Below are positions 1 through 8,026 of a DNA stretch of 57,384 nt, piece after piece. Every line of letters starts with the position of its first letter. Position 1 is the first letter of the stretch. The translations under genes were made by a program, and so were the position numbers. The DNA is from Patescibacteria group bacterium (GTDB taxonomy: Bacteria; Patescibacteriota; Microgenomatia; UBA1406; GWC2-37-13): positions 1 through 57,384 of the forward strand of contig JAOAEC010000001.1 in the NCBI GenBank assembly GCA_026416975.1, given 5' to 3'. Under the pieces are notes generated by a model. That model did no database searches. It had not been told where the DNA came from and worked only from the letters and a program-made list of their open reading frames with translations.

Positions 1-514
1 GATTATAAGTGATATGATAAGCGCGGACCAAATGATCTGAAGCAGCTTTTGAAGCTGAGTAGGGCGAGCGGGGATTGTATGGAGTTTTTTCATTAAATTT
101 TTCTTTGGTATTAAGAGGCAAAGCTCCAAAAACTTCATCAGTTGAGATATGATGAAATCTAATTTTGCCGTTTTTTAAAGCTGCCTCAAGCAAAATATGA
201 GTGCCTTCAACATTGGTTTTAATAAATGGAGAAGCATCAAGAATTGATCTATCAACATGGCTTTCAGCAGCAAAATGAACAATGATATCAATTTTGTTAT
301 TTTTCAAAATTGAATCAACAACTTTAAAATCGCAAATATCTCCATGAATAAATTGATAATTTGAATTTTTTTCAACTGATTTTAAATTTTCAAGATTGCC
401 GGCGTAAGTTAATTTGTCTAAATTAATAATTTTGTCTTGAGGATATTTTTTAAGCCAATAAAGAATAAAGTTGCTACCAATAAAACCCGCTCCACCCGTT
501 ATCAAAAGTTTCAT
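1..514 (-). CDS. rfbB: dTDP-glucose 4,6-dehydratase (N-terminal ~171 aa; 3' end runs off the window)
   Basis: Manual reverse translation from CAT at 512-514 gives MKLLITGGAGFIGSNF...HFAAESHVDRS...YSASKAASDHLVRAY. It has the Rossmann GxxGxxG and the YxxxK of the extended-SDR RmlB family. Confidence 0.85.
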   Translation of the reverse strand, partial: MKLLITGGAGFIGSNFILYWLKKYPQDKIINLDKLTYAGNLENLKSVEKNSNYQFIHGDICDFKVVDSILKNNKIDIIVHFAAESHVDRSILDASPFIKTNVEGTHILLEAALKNGKIRFHHISTDEVFGALPLNTKEKFNEKTPYNPRSPYSASKAASDHLVRAYHITYN

Positions 515-558
515 AAAAAACAATTATAACAAAATAAAATGATTGAGATGATAAAAAT

Positions 559-612
559 ATTATTTATTATTTGCTATTTAGTTATTACAAGTTAGCACAA
601 ATAATAAATAAT
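559..612. repeat. Perfect 15-bp inverted repeat (559-573 / 598-612) with a 24-nt loop
   Basis: attatttattatttg at 559-573 is the exact reverse complement of caaataataaataat at 598-612. It lies 45-98 nt upstream of the rfbB start. Confidence 0.8.
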
Positions 613-632
613 GACAATTAAAAATTAATAAT

Positions 633-878
633 TAGAAATTTAATAGAAATTAGAAATTGAAAATTAGAAATTAATTTATTAGCTAGTAGATAGTAGTTAA
701 CATTTATGATTTAAAATTTAAAGATTGTTTCGAATTTCGAAATTCGAATTTCGGATTTATTTTATTTAAAGTTTAGGGTTTAGGATTTAGAGTTTTAAAA
801 TTAGTATTAAGTATTAAGGGATTTTTTTTGTTTCATGTTTCATGTTCTAAGTTCTACGTTCCACGTTCTACGTTAATG
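633..878. repeat. Mosaic of six consecutive tandem heptanucleotide arrays
   Basis: The arrays are TAGAAAT-type (633-671), TAGTAGA (685-698), TTTCGAA (728-755), GTTTAGG (771-798), AGTATTA (803-816), and GTTTCAT/GTTCTAC/GTTCCAC (830-878, 7 units). The period is strictly 7 within each block. Confidence 0.85.
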
Positions 879-882
879 TTAT

Positions 883-1215
883 TTAAACTTTCGGTTTTAT
901 TTTTCTTCTTTTTATTTTTCTGATGGAATATAAAATCGCTTTATTTAAATCAATATTTTTAATTCTGGCAAAACGAAGAATAGCTACTAAGATATCACCT
1001 AATTCTTTTTCATAAGTTTCATCTTTTTGGGCAGCAATATTGGTGGGTTTTCGGCCATGAGCGGCTAAATATGCTCGTGCCATCTCGCCCACTTCTTCAA
1101 CTAAAGACAAAATCAACATTGAACCATATTCTTGTGAATGTTTCCATTCGCGATCAATATCCTCTAACTTTTTGTAATAACGACCAAAGATTGAAGTAAT
1201 TTTTTTGCTTTTCAT
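883..1215 (-). CDS. MazG-like all-alpha NTP pyrophosphohydrolase
   Basis: The ORF track gives 883..1269. Motifs LSLVEEVGEMARAY and ELGDILVAILRFA are typical of the MazG/NTP-PPase fold. I prefer Met19 (CAT 1213-1215) as the start because the longer N-terminus is encoded by the heptad repeat. Confidence 0.65.
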   Translation of the reverse strand: MKSKKITSIFGRYYKKLEDIDREWKHSQEYGSMLILSLVEEVGEMARAYLAAHGRKPTNIAAQKDETYEKELGDILVAILRFARIKNIDLNKAILYSIRKIKRRKIKPKV

Positions 1216-1255
1216 AAGGTTATTATAACTTATTATCGAATAAAATGCCTTTATT

Positions 1256-1297
1256 GTTTTATGTTTCAAGTTCTACGTTATAAGTTTCATGTTATAA
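1256..1297. repeat. Tandem heptanucleotide array (GTTNNAN x6)
   Basis: The units are GTTTTAT GTTTCAA GTTCTAC GTTATAA GTTTCAT GTTATAA. They have the same unit family and orientation as 830-878. Confidence 0.8.
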
Positions 1298-1304
1298 TTT
1301 TTTT

Positions 1305-2012
1305 ATGTCCCAACAAGATTTATTTTCTAATAATAATTTTACTTTAGAAAAAAATCATAAAAAAAAGATAAAATGGCTTTCTCATTCAGCAATTGAAGAA
1401 TTAAATCGTTGTCCGCGTTGTTTTTGGTTGTCTTATAAAGAGGGAATTAAGCTACCTGAGGGAATCCAATCTCGTTTAGCTAATCGCTTTGATAGTATTT
1501 TAAAAAAATATTTTAACACTTATCGAAATCAAGATAGATTACCTCCCTTAATTGAAGGAAAAATAAAAGGGAGATTAAAAAAACCATTTAAAGAAACATT
1601 TTTTTATAAATTTAATGATGATTTTGGTTTTTATGGAAAATTAGACGAATGCTTAGTTAACGAAAATGGTGATCATATTCCTGTTGATTTTAAGACTGCT
1701 TCATCTGATCCTCGAGAAAAAGAAATTTTATCCGCCTATCAGAATCAGATTGATGAGTATTTATTTTTACTTGAGGAAAATGGTTTAAAAGTGGCTAATT
1801 TTGGTTATTTAATTTATTTTTTTCCCGAAATGACAGTTGAGTTATCTGATGGTTTTCCCATGATTATTCATATTGTTAAAATTGAAAGAAAAATAAAAGA
1901 TATTAAAAAACGGATCGAAAAAGCGGTTAATATTCTTCAGGGTCTTTTGCCTAAATCCGCTGATGACTGTATTTATTGTCGATGGTTTGAAAAAGTTAAG
2001 GGATATTATTAA
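1305..2012 (+). CDS. Cas4/RecB-like PD-(D/E)XK nuclease with four cysteines (CPRC ... CIYC)
   Basis: GKLDE, VDFKT (DxK) and YQNQIDEY (QxxxY) match the Cas4-type motif order. CxxC pairs sit at both termini. No CRISPR array or cas genes lie nearby. Confidence 0.65.
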   Translation: MSQQDLFSNNNFTLEKNHKKKIKWLSHSAIEELNRCPRCFWLSYKEGIKLPEGIQSRLANRFDSILKKYFNTYRNQDRLPPLIEGKIKGRLKKPFKETFFYKFNDDFGFYGKLDECLVNENGDHIPVDFKTASSDPREKEILSAYQNQIDEYLFLLEENGLKVANFGYLIYFFPEMTVELSDGFPMIIHIVKIERKIKDIKKRIEKAVNILQGLLPKSADDCIYCRWFEKVKGYY

Positions 2013-3241
2013 TAATTTAATAATTTATTTTTTTTATTAATCAAATCTTCCAAAATTTTCCAACGCTTTTTTTTGACTTCATAAGGGACATCATCTTTCA
2101 TTACTTTTGTTGCTGCTGCCATTGGTCGAGGAGAGTACATGGCAATATAGGTTTTTTCAAAACCTACTTTTTTGCATAAATTAACTGTATTTTGAAATTC
2201 TTTATCAGTTTCTCCACAAAAGCCAACAATAATATCAGTGGTAAATTTTACCTCGGGGATTTTTTTTCTAATTTTTTCAATTAATTTTAAATATTCTTTT
2301 GCGGTATACCAACGATTCATCCGTTTTAGCACGTTGTCATCACCCGATTGAACTGGTAAATGAATTGTCCGAGTGATATTTTTATATTTAGCAATCACCT
2401 CAATTAACTCATCGGAAAAATCCCAGGGGTTAGAGGAAATAAAGTCAACCTTTTCAAAACCAAGTTTTGCGATTTCCTCAAGTAAATACGGAAAAAGAGT
2501 TGGAATACGATAACGACCTAAATGCTTGACGTAAATAGGTTTAAGTTTAGAAATCTGAAATTCTAAATCCGAAGCTTGAAACAAATTCGAATTTTTAAAA
2601 CGTTTAGAATTTTGGTCATTTGGATTTTGAATTTGTTTCGAATTTCGATATTCGAATTTCGAATTTTTTATTAAATCAGCACCATAAGAATTAACATTTT
2701 GTCCCAAAAGAGTGATTTCTTTATAACCTTTATTTTTTAAACCAATTGCTTCTTTGATAATATCTTCAAAAGGCCGGCTTATTTCTCGACCTCTTGTAAA
2801 AGGAACAACGCAGTAGCTACAAAAATTATTACAACCATTTGATATTGGTATCCAAGCATGAGTTTTGTCAGTTCGAAGTGGAGCAAAGTCAAAGCCAACT
2901 TCTTCAATTGGCATAAACTCATCAACCTCAGGCATTCGTTCTTTGAGAATTTTTAAAAGTTTTCCGGTTTTATCACGCAATGCTAATCCAACCATGCAGC
3001 CAGTAACAATAATTTTCAATTTAGAATTTTCATTTTTCAATTTTGATAGATTTCTTACTAATCCATAAACTCTATCCTCAGCTGATTGACGAACCATGCA
3101 GGTGTTAATAACAATATAATTAGCGTCGTTATAGCCTTTTGCCGATATCATTCCTCGAGCTTCAAATGAAGCAACAATTCTTTCTGAATCAGCTTTATTT
3201 TGCTGACAACCAAAGGTTTTAATGAAATATCTTAGTTTCAT
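2009..3241 (-). CDS. miaB: MiaB-like radical SAM tRNA methylthiotransferase, with an internal repeat-encoded insert and no TRAM domain
   Basis: The N-terminus reads FIKTFGCQQNKADSERI, the radical SAM motif is CNNFCSYCVVP, and LLGQNVNSYG and YSPRP are present. The protein ends about 25 aa after YSPRP. Confidence 0.8.
   Translation of the reverse strand: MKLRYFIKTFGCQQNKADSERIVASFEARGMISAKGYNDANYIVINTCMVRQSAEDRVYGLVRNLSKLKNENSKLKIIVTGCMVGLALRDKTGKLLKILKERMPEVDEFMPIEEVGFDFAPLRTDKTHAWIPISNGCNNFCSYCVVPFTRGREISRPFEDIIKEAIGLKNKGYKEITLLGQNVNSYGADLIKNSKFEYRNSKQIQNPNDQNSKRFKNSNLFQASDLEFQISKLKPIYVKHLGRYRIPTLFPYLLEEIAKLGFEKVDFISSNPWDFSDELIEVIAKYKNITRTIHLPVQSGDDNVLKRMNRWYTAKEYLKLIEKIRKKIPEVKFTTDIIVGFCGETDKEFQNTVNLCKKVGFEKTYIAMYSPRPMAAATKVMKDDVPYEVKKKRWKILEDLINKKNKLLNY
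2550..2668. repeat. 17 in-phase heptanucleotide units inside the miaB coding sequence
   Basis: The units run gaaatct gaaattc taaatcc ... aatttcg atattcg aatttcg aattttt. Positions 2635-2666 are 30/32 identical to intergenic 727-758. Confidence 0.8.
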
Positions 3242-3293
3242 GGATTTATTTTATCAAAAGAAAAACAAAAAAATTTTTGGTAAAATTAAAACT

Positions 3294-3659
3294 ATGGGTT
3301 CAAAAATCAAAGATTGGAAAAAATTTTTTGAAAAAGGAAAAAAAATAATTCTGGTTACTTCATCAAAAGCAGGTTTACCCAATGCCAATATTGTTATATC
3401 GCTAGGTTTCTATAACAGCAAAATTTTAATTGCTGATTGTCAAATGATAACAACAATAAAAAACTTAAAGGAGAACCCTTTTATTTGTCTTATTGGTGGT
3501 TATTTTAAAATTAAAGGTAAAGCTGAGATTTTTACTAAAGGAAAATATTTTAACATCTGTGTTAGAGAAAACAAAGACTATCAAGTAAAACACGCAATTT
3601 TAATCTCAATAGAAACGATTTTTGATTTAGATAAGGTAAAAAAATTCTGTAAAAATTAA
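3294..3659 (+). CDS. Pyridoxamine 5'-phosphate oxidase-like FMN-binding split-barrel protein
   Basis: The pattern is LVTSSKAGLPNANIV ... TIKNLKENPFICL ... IKGKAEI. The start at ATG 3294 avoids overlap with the miaB start; the ORF track begins at 3222. Confidence 0.5.
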   Translation: MGSKIKDWKKFFEKGKKIILVTSSKAGLPNANIVISLGFYNSKILIADCQMITTIKNLKENPFICLIGGYFKIKGKAEIFTKGKYFNICVRENKDYQVKHAILISIETIFDLDKVKKFCKN

Positions 3660-3665
3660 TTTTTT

Positions 3666-4019
3666 ATGAAGATAAATTTTATTTACTCAAAAATTTATTT
3701 TAAGTCTTTAAATAGGTTTAATCGGATAACAAGAAGTTGGGAAGAGGTTAAAAAAATAGGAAGAGCTTTTGAAAAAAAATATCAAGATGAGATTAAAAAA
3801 ATAACAGAAATTATTCCAAAAATTATTAAAAAACCTTGGCGGAGAGATTATTTTGAGGTTTATTTAGTTGACTGGAACGGCCCAAGTTTTTCTCATCCAT
3901 TGACTTTAAAAGTTAGAGAAGATTTGCTTTTAATGCTGGTTATTTTAGTCCACGAACTGCTTCATGATTTTTATTTTTTTAGAGATAAAAATATTAAAAA
4001 AGTAGAAAAAAGAGATTAA
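3666..4019 (+). CDS. Hypothetical protein with an HExxH motif (VHELLHDF)
   Basis: It comes from the ORF track. The only recognisable motif is HELLH. A possible 3' extension in another frame is described in the findings. Confidence 0.35.
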   Translation: MKINFIYSKIYFKSLNRFNRITRSWEEVKKIGRAFEKKYQDEIKKITEIIPKIIKKPWRRDYFEVYLVDWNGPSFSHPLTLKVREDLLLMLVILVHELLHDFYFFRDKNIKKVEKRD

Positions 4020-4220
4020 TAATATTGTTAAAGAAGTGTTTAGAAGATTAAAAATAGACATTAATCAGCAGTTCAAATTTTTAGAAGAAATCTATAAGAA
4101 TAGATTTGAGATAAAAAATAAAACTTGATAATAAAAATAAAGACTTTGAAGTTTGTTTAGAATATTGTTTCAAATAACAAAACACAAGTAATAATATTAA
4201 AGAAAAGTTAAAGACTAAAA

Positions 4221-4625
4221 TTAAAAGATTTGATTAACCATCTTGTCTGCTTCTTTGTTTTTTTCGCGGGGAATTTGTTTGTAGACAATTGGCAGATTAA
4301 TTTCTTGTTCTAAAATTTTAATTTTTAAAATATACTCTTTTATTTTTCCATTTTTTATCTTATAAAAACCATTCACTTGATTAATCAAAAGCTGAGAGTC
4401 GCTGTGAAAAATTATTTTATCAATAGCGTATTGATTTTTTATTTCTTTTAATTTTTCCAAAGCAAAAATCAACGCTTGATACTCGGCATCATTATTGGTA
4501 GCGACTCCAATTGGTTGATGATGTTGCAAAATTTTTTTACTTTTTATAAAAAAAACAACGCCAATCGTTGCTGGTCCAGGATTGCCTTTTGAGCCACCAT
4601 CGGTATAGATCTTTAAAGTTGTCAT
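4221..4625 (-). CDS. rnhA: Ribonuclease HI
   Basis: The motifs are IYTDGGSKGNPGP, NNDAEYQALIFAL, HSDSQLLINQ and NKEADKM, giving the DEDD catalytic pattern of type 1 RNase H. Confidence 0.8.
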   Translation of the reverse strand: MTTLKIYTDGGSKGNPGPATIGVVFFIKSKKILQHHQPIGVATNNDAEYQALIFALEKLKEIKNQYAIDKIIFHSDSQLLINQVNGFYKIKNGKIKEYILKIKILEQEINLPIVYKQIPREKNKEADKMVNQIF

Positions 4626-4653
4626 AGTTTATAGTTTATTATAAAATTTTTTT

Positions 4654-5337
4654 ATGAAAAAGGTGGTTTTAATTACTGGCGGTAGTGATGGTTTGGGTAA
4701 AGAGATAGCTAAAGTTTTAAAGGATAATTATCAAGTAGTGATCGTTTCTTCTAATTTAGAACGTTTAAAAAAAACTGCTGAAAAGTTGGGTGTTGCGTAT
4801 TTTTTATGTAATATCGTTGATTTTAATCAATGCGAAGAAACAGTTAAAAAAATAATTAATAAGTTTGGAAAAATTGATGTTTTGATAAACAATGCCGGCG
4901 TCTGGATTGAGGGAGCATTGGAAAATAATAATGATTTTCAAATAAAAAAAACAATTGAGATTAATTTAATAGGTCAGATCTTTATGACTAAATCGGTTTT
5001 GCCGCTGATGAAAAAAAATAAAGCCGGAACAATTATTTTTATCAATTCACGAGCCGGATTAAAAACAAAAGGAAAAAGAACAGTTTATAATGCCACCAAA
5101 TGGGGTTTAAGGGGATTTGCCGAATCATTAGAAGAAGAGATTGCTAATGATAAAATAAAAGTAATCTCTTTTTATCCGGGAAAGATGAGAACTAGTTTTT
5201 TTGAAAAAGCGGGAGTAAAAAAAGATTTAAGGGATGCTTTTAACCCTTTTTATTTAGCTAAACTAATAAAATCTATTTTAGATCTACCAAATAAGATAAT
5301 TGTTTTTCAAGCAGGAATGAAAGAAATTAACGATTAA
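4654..5337 (+). CDS. Short-chain dehydrogenase/reductase (SDR) family oxidoreductase
   Basis: It has TGGSDGLGK (TGxxxGxG), NNAGV and YNATKWG (YxxxK). Confidence 0.8.
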   Translation: MKKVVLITGGSDGLGKEIAKVLKDNYQVVIVSSNLERLKKTAEKLGVAYFLCNIVDFNQCEETVKKIINKFGKIDVLINNAGVWIEGALENNNDFQIKKTIEINLIGQIFMTKSVLPLMKKNKAGTIIFINSRAGLKTKGKRTVYNATKWGLRGFAESLEEEIANDKIKVISFYPGKMRTSFFEKAGVKKDLRDAFNPFYLAKLIKSILDLPNKIIVFQAGMKEIND

Positions 5338-6388
5338 CTTTTTTTACTTTCTCAATTAAAACAATAAAGATTAATAAAACTATTCCAATAGTCAAAAAAG
5401 CGATTAATTTTTCCTTACCTTTTAAGAATAGAGCACTAATTCCTAAAATAAAAGAGACCAACCAATAAAAAATAGCGATTCTTCTTCTTCCCCAACCAAT
5501 TTCAAGCAACCGATGATGAAAATGACCCCAGTCAGCTCGAAAAGGCGACTTTTTGTTTTTTAATCTTCGTAAAATAGTGTAAAAAGCGTCAATCATTGGT
5601 ACTGATAAAATTAAAATAGCGGTTCCTAATTTTCCAAAAGATAAAATAGACAAAACTCCTAAAAAAAACCCGGCTAAGGCGCCACCACCATAACCAGGTA
5701 TGATTTTTTGGGGATAAAAATTCCAAGGCAAAAATCCCAGAAAAGCGCCGCTAACAATAAAAGAAAATATTGTTACTGCCTGAATCGAGATATCATGACT
5801 GCTAAATCTTTGCGAAAGCAACCCTAAAAAAAGGCCGGCAATAGCGACAAAACCGGGCAGTTGGCCATCAACGCCTTTACTCCAATTAACCATATTAACA
5901 ATCCATACCAACCAGATAAGAGCCAAAAGATCAGCTAATAACCAAATCTTTTTTAAACCAAAAATGTTAATAGTAATTTGCGGTTGACTAAGATTAATAA
6001 TTCCGCCAAAAGGATGAGAAATATAAGGAATTCCCAATCCGAAACCAATAGCAATACCGCAGATAAGAAAGTTAAGAAAAAAACGAAGATAAGGAGACAG
6101 ATCATAATAGTCATCAAAAAGACCTAATAAAAGAAGAAAAAAACTAGCAATAAGAATTCCTAAAACTATTTTGTTAAGAGGAATAAAAATTAAAGTCGTT
6201 ATTAAAACAGAAATATAAATTGGTAAACCGCCAGCTCGAGGAATTATTCCTTGATGGGTATGAGCCGGATGCTTTCTTTTTTTTCTGTCAGTGACTAAAT
6301 TTAACTTTTTAGCCAAGAAAATTGTTGGTAGAGTAAGAAAAAAAGAAAGAAAAAAGGCAATGAAAAAAATTTCCAAAAACAAAACCAT
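5327..6388 (-). CDS. Polyprenyl-phosphate N-acetylhexosamine-1-phosphate transferase (MraY/WecA family)
   Basis: It is a polytopic membrane protein with FDDYYDLSP and VNMVNWSKGVDGQLPG, which are equivalents of the MraY/WecA motifs. Confidence 0.7.
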   Translation of the reverse strand: MVLFLEIFFIAFFLSFFLTLPTIFLAKKLNLVTDRKKRKHPAHTHQGIIPRAGGLPIYISVLITTLIFIPLNKIVLGILIASFFLLLLGLFDDYYDLSPYLRFFLNFLICGIAIGFGLGIPYISHPFGGIINLSQPQITINIFGLKKIWLLADLLALIWLVWIVNMVNWSKGVDGQLPGFVAIAGLFLGLLSQRFSSHDISIQAVTIFSFIVSGAFLGFLPWNFYPQKIIPGYGGGALAGFFLGVLSILSFGKLGTAILILSVPMIDAFYTILRRLKNKKSPFRADWGHFHHRLLEIGWGRRRIAIFYWLVSFILGISALFLKGKEKLIAFLTIGIVLLIFIVLIEKVKKVNR

Positions 6389-6394
6389 AATTTT

Positions 6395-6697
6395 TTAAGC
6401 GATTAAAGTGATAATTTTTATAAAAATTAATGGAACAACAATTATAAGAAATAAATTTAAATAACTAAGAATTTTTTGAATAAGAGGATTTTCTTTAAAA
6501 AATTTTTTACTAACAAAATTATTGATAAAAACAAAAAAATTTAAAAAAAAAGGAAGAAAAAAAATCATCCAGAGGTCGGCCAAACGATCTTCTCCCCAAA
6601 GTTTTGAATAAAATAAAGGAATTTGTGGCGGAAGACGATTAATTTTTAATATAAAAATTAAAAAAATAATTAAGTTGGCGCAAATTAAAAATATCAT
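6395..6697 (-). CDS. Small polytopic membrane protein, unknown function
   Basis: The 100-aa ORF is hydrophobic and tightly packed between the glycosyltransferase genes. Confidence 0.4.
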   Translation of the reverse strand: MIFLICANLIIFLIFILKINRLPPQIPLFYSKLWGEDRLADLWMIFFLPFFLNFFVFINNFVSKKFFKENPLIQKILSYLNLFLIIVVPLIFIKIITLIA

Positions 6698-6700
6698 ATT

Positions 6701-8026
6701 TTAGTAAACTGATTGAATATCAAATGAGCCATTGTCTTTTAAAACAAAAGCTTTTTTAGGATAAATAGGTAAATAATTAACAATCTTTTCCGCTGGAATC
6801 AAGATTTTCCCAACATAAGAAGGAATTTCTTGATAGCTTTTATTATAGATAAAAACCCTATTTTCATCAAAATAATATTGAGCCGTGTGAAAATCAAGTT
6901 CATTAGTGACATATAAAAGATCATCCTTTTTTGCCAAGATTTTTATTTCTCTAACAATTTTTTTAAAATCAGTTTTTTTTTGATATTTAAGTTGGAGTTT
7001 TTGGTAAGAAAAAGAAAGAAAAAATAAGAGAGAAATTAAAACAATTTTTGATTTTAAATTAAGATTTTCAATAATAAAAATTAAAAACAATAAAAGACCA
7101 ATGGTTGAAAAAATTAAATAACGGGGTAAAAAAATTGGTTTAATAAAAGAAATTAATAAAACAAATAAAGGAATGATTGTTGCCCATAAAAACAGCATTT
7201 GAAAAAGATATTTTTTTTCTTGAGATAGTTTTTTATAGTAAATAAAAATTCCTTTAATTAAAATCATTGTTGTAAAAAGAGAGATTATTAAAAGTGATTT
7301 TTTAAATTCTTTGATAATAGTTGAGGGATAAAACGACATATCATTACCAGTAAAAATAATTCCTAGAAAGTTTTTTAACTCAACCATGGTTGGTTTTTTT
7401 ATCCAAAAAGAAACGCTAAATTTATTTTTAAAAACAAAAAAAATTAACCACGGCAGAAACAATAAAAATGACAAAAATATTGTTTTAAAAGTTAAAAAAC
7501 GATGTTTTTTTTTAGATAAAAAAGAAATAATTAATTGGTTAAAAAAAACCAAGATCATGAAATAATGAGTATAAAGACCGGCAATTAAAGAAAAAAGATA
7601 AAGTTTTTTATGATGGAAGAAAAAACTATAAAAAGAGAGAGTGGCAAAAAAAGCTAACATTGTATACATACGAGCCTCAAATGCATAATAAACAAAAGCA
7701 GGATTAATGGCGATTAATAAAAGATAACAGATTATTTGCCAAGAAGATTTAATTTTAAAAACTTTGGTAAGAAACAAAAAAATAAGATAAATAGTCGCCC
7801 AGTAAAAAATTAAAGAAAGCGTTCTTAAAGCAATTTCTGATGGGCCAAAAATTTTTATCCAAAAATGAAGAAAAAAATAATATAAAGGTGGATTAAAGTC
7901 AGCGGCGGTTAAGGAGATAATTTCTCCAAGATTTTTTTTAGCTAAAAGATAAGAAAAAGCCTCGTCTCGCCAAAAGCTTTGAACAAGAAAAAAAAGTGGC
8001 GTTTTGGTAAAAAGCCAGTTAATCAT
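6701..8026 (-). CDS. GT-C fold glycosyltransferase (ArnT/PMT-like, GT39/GT83-like)
   Basis: It has WRDEAFSYLLA ... NPPLYYFFLHFW ... EIALRTLSLIF and many transmembrane (TM) segments. Confidence 0.65.
   Translation of the reverse strand: MINWLFTKTPLFFLVQSFWRDEAFSYLLAKKNLGEIISLTAADFNPPLYYFFLHFWIKIFGPSEIALRTLSLIFYWATIYLIFLFLTKVFKIKSSWQIICYLLLIAINPAFVYYAFEARMYTMLAFFATLSFYSFFFHHKKLYLFSLIAGLYTHYFMILVFFNQLIISFLSKKKHRFLTFKTIFLSFLLFLPWLIFFVFKNKFSVSFWIKKPTMVELKNFLGIIFTGNDMSFYPSTIIKEFKKSLLIISLFTTMILIKGIFIYYKKLSQEKKYLFQMLFLWATIIPLFVLLISFIKPIFLPRYLIFSTIGLLLFLIFIIENLNLKSKIVLISLLFFLSFSYQKLQLKYQKKTDFKKIVREIKILAKKDDLLYVTNELDFHTAQYYFDENRVFIYNKSYQEIPSYVGKILIPAEKIVNYLPIYPKKAFVLKDNGSFDIQSVY

Noticed and set aside
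633-878. Possible CRISPR array in the repeat-rich spacer
   Set aside because: The repeat units are only 7 nt and directly tandem. There are no unique spacers of 25-40 nt, and no cas genes apart from an orphan Cas4-like nuclease.
1216-1269. N-terminal 18-aa extension of the MazG-like ORF
   Set aside because: The heptad repeat array encodes it, and it adds nothing to the MazG fold. Met19 gives a protein of typical length. The true start cannot be settled from sequence alone.
2865-3068. Short antisense or out-of-frame ORFs in the track
   Set aside because: The ORFs are 2865..3068, 8243..8452, 9520..9708, 10358..10543, 13770..14090, 14886..15086, 15487..15684, 15727..15957, 18508..18807, 18699..18950, 19636..19851, 27368..27553, 29451..29759, 29723..29935, 30992..31222, 37011..37322, 37828..38052, 48617..48859, 48636..48866, 51636..51821, 51867..52109 and 56536..56742. 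All lie inside, or opposite, confidently identified genes. They have low-complexity composition typical of shadow ORFs in AT-rich DNA.
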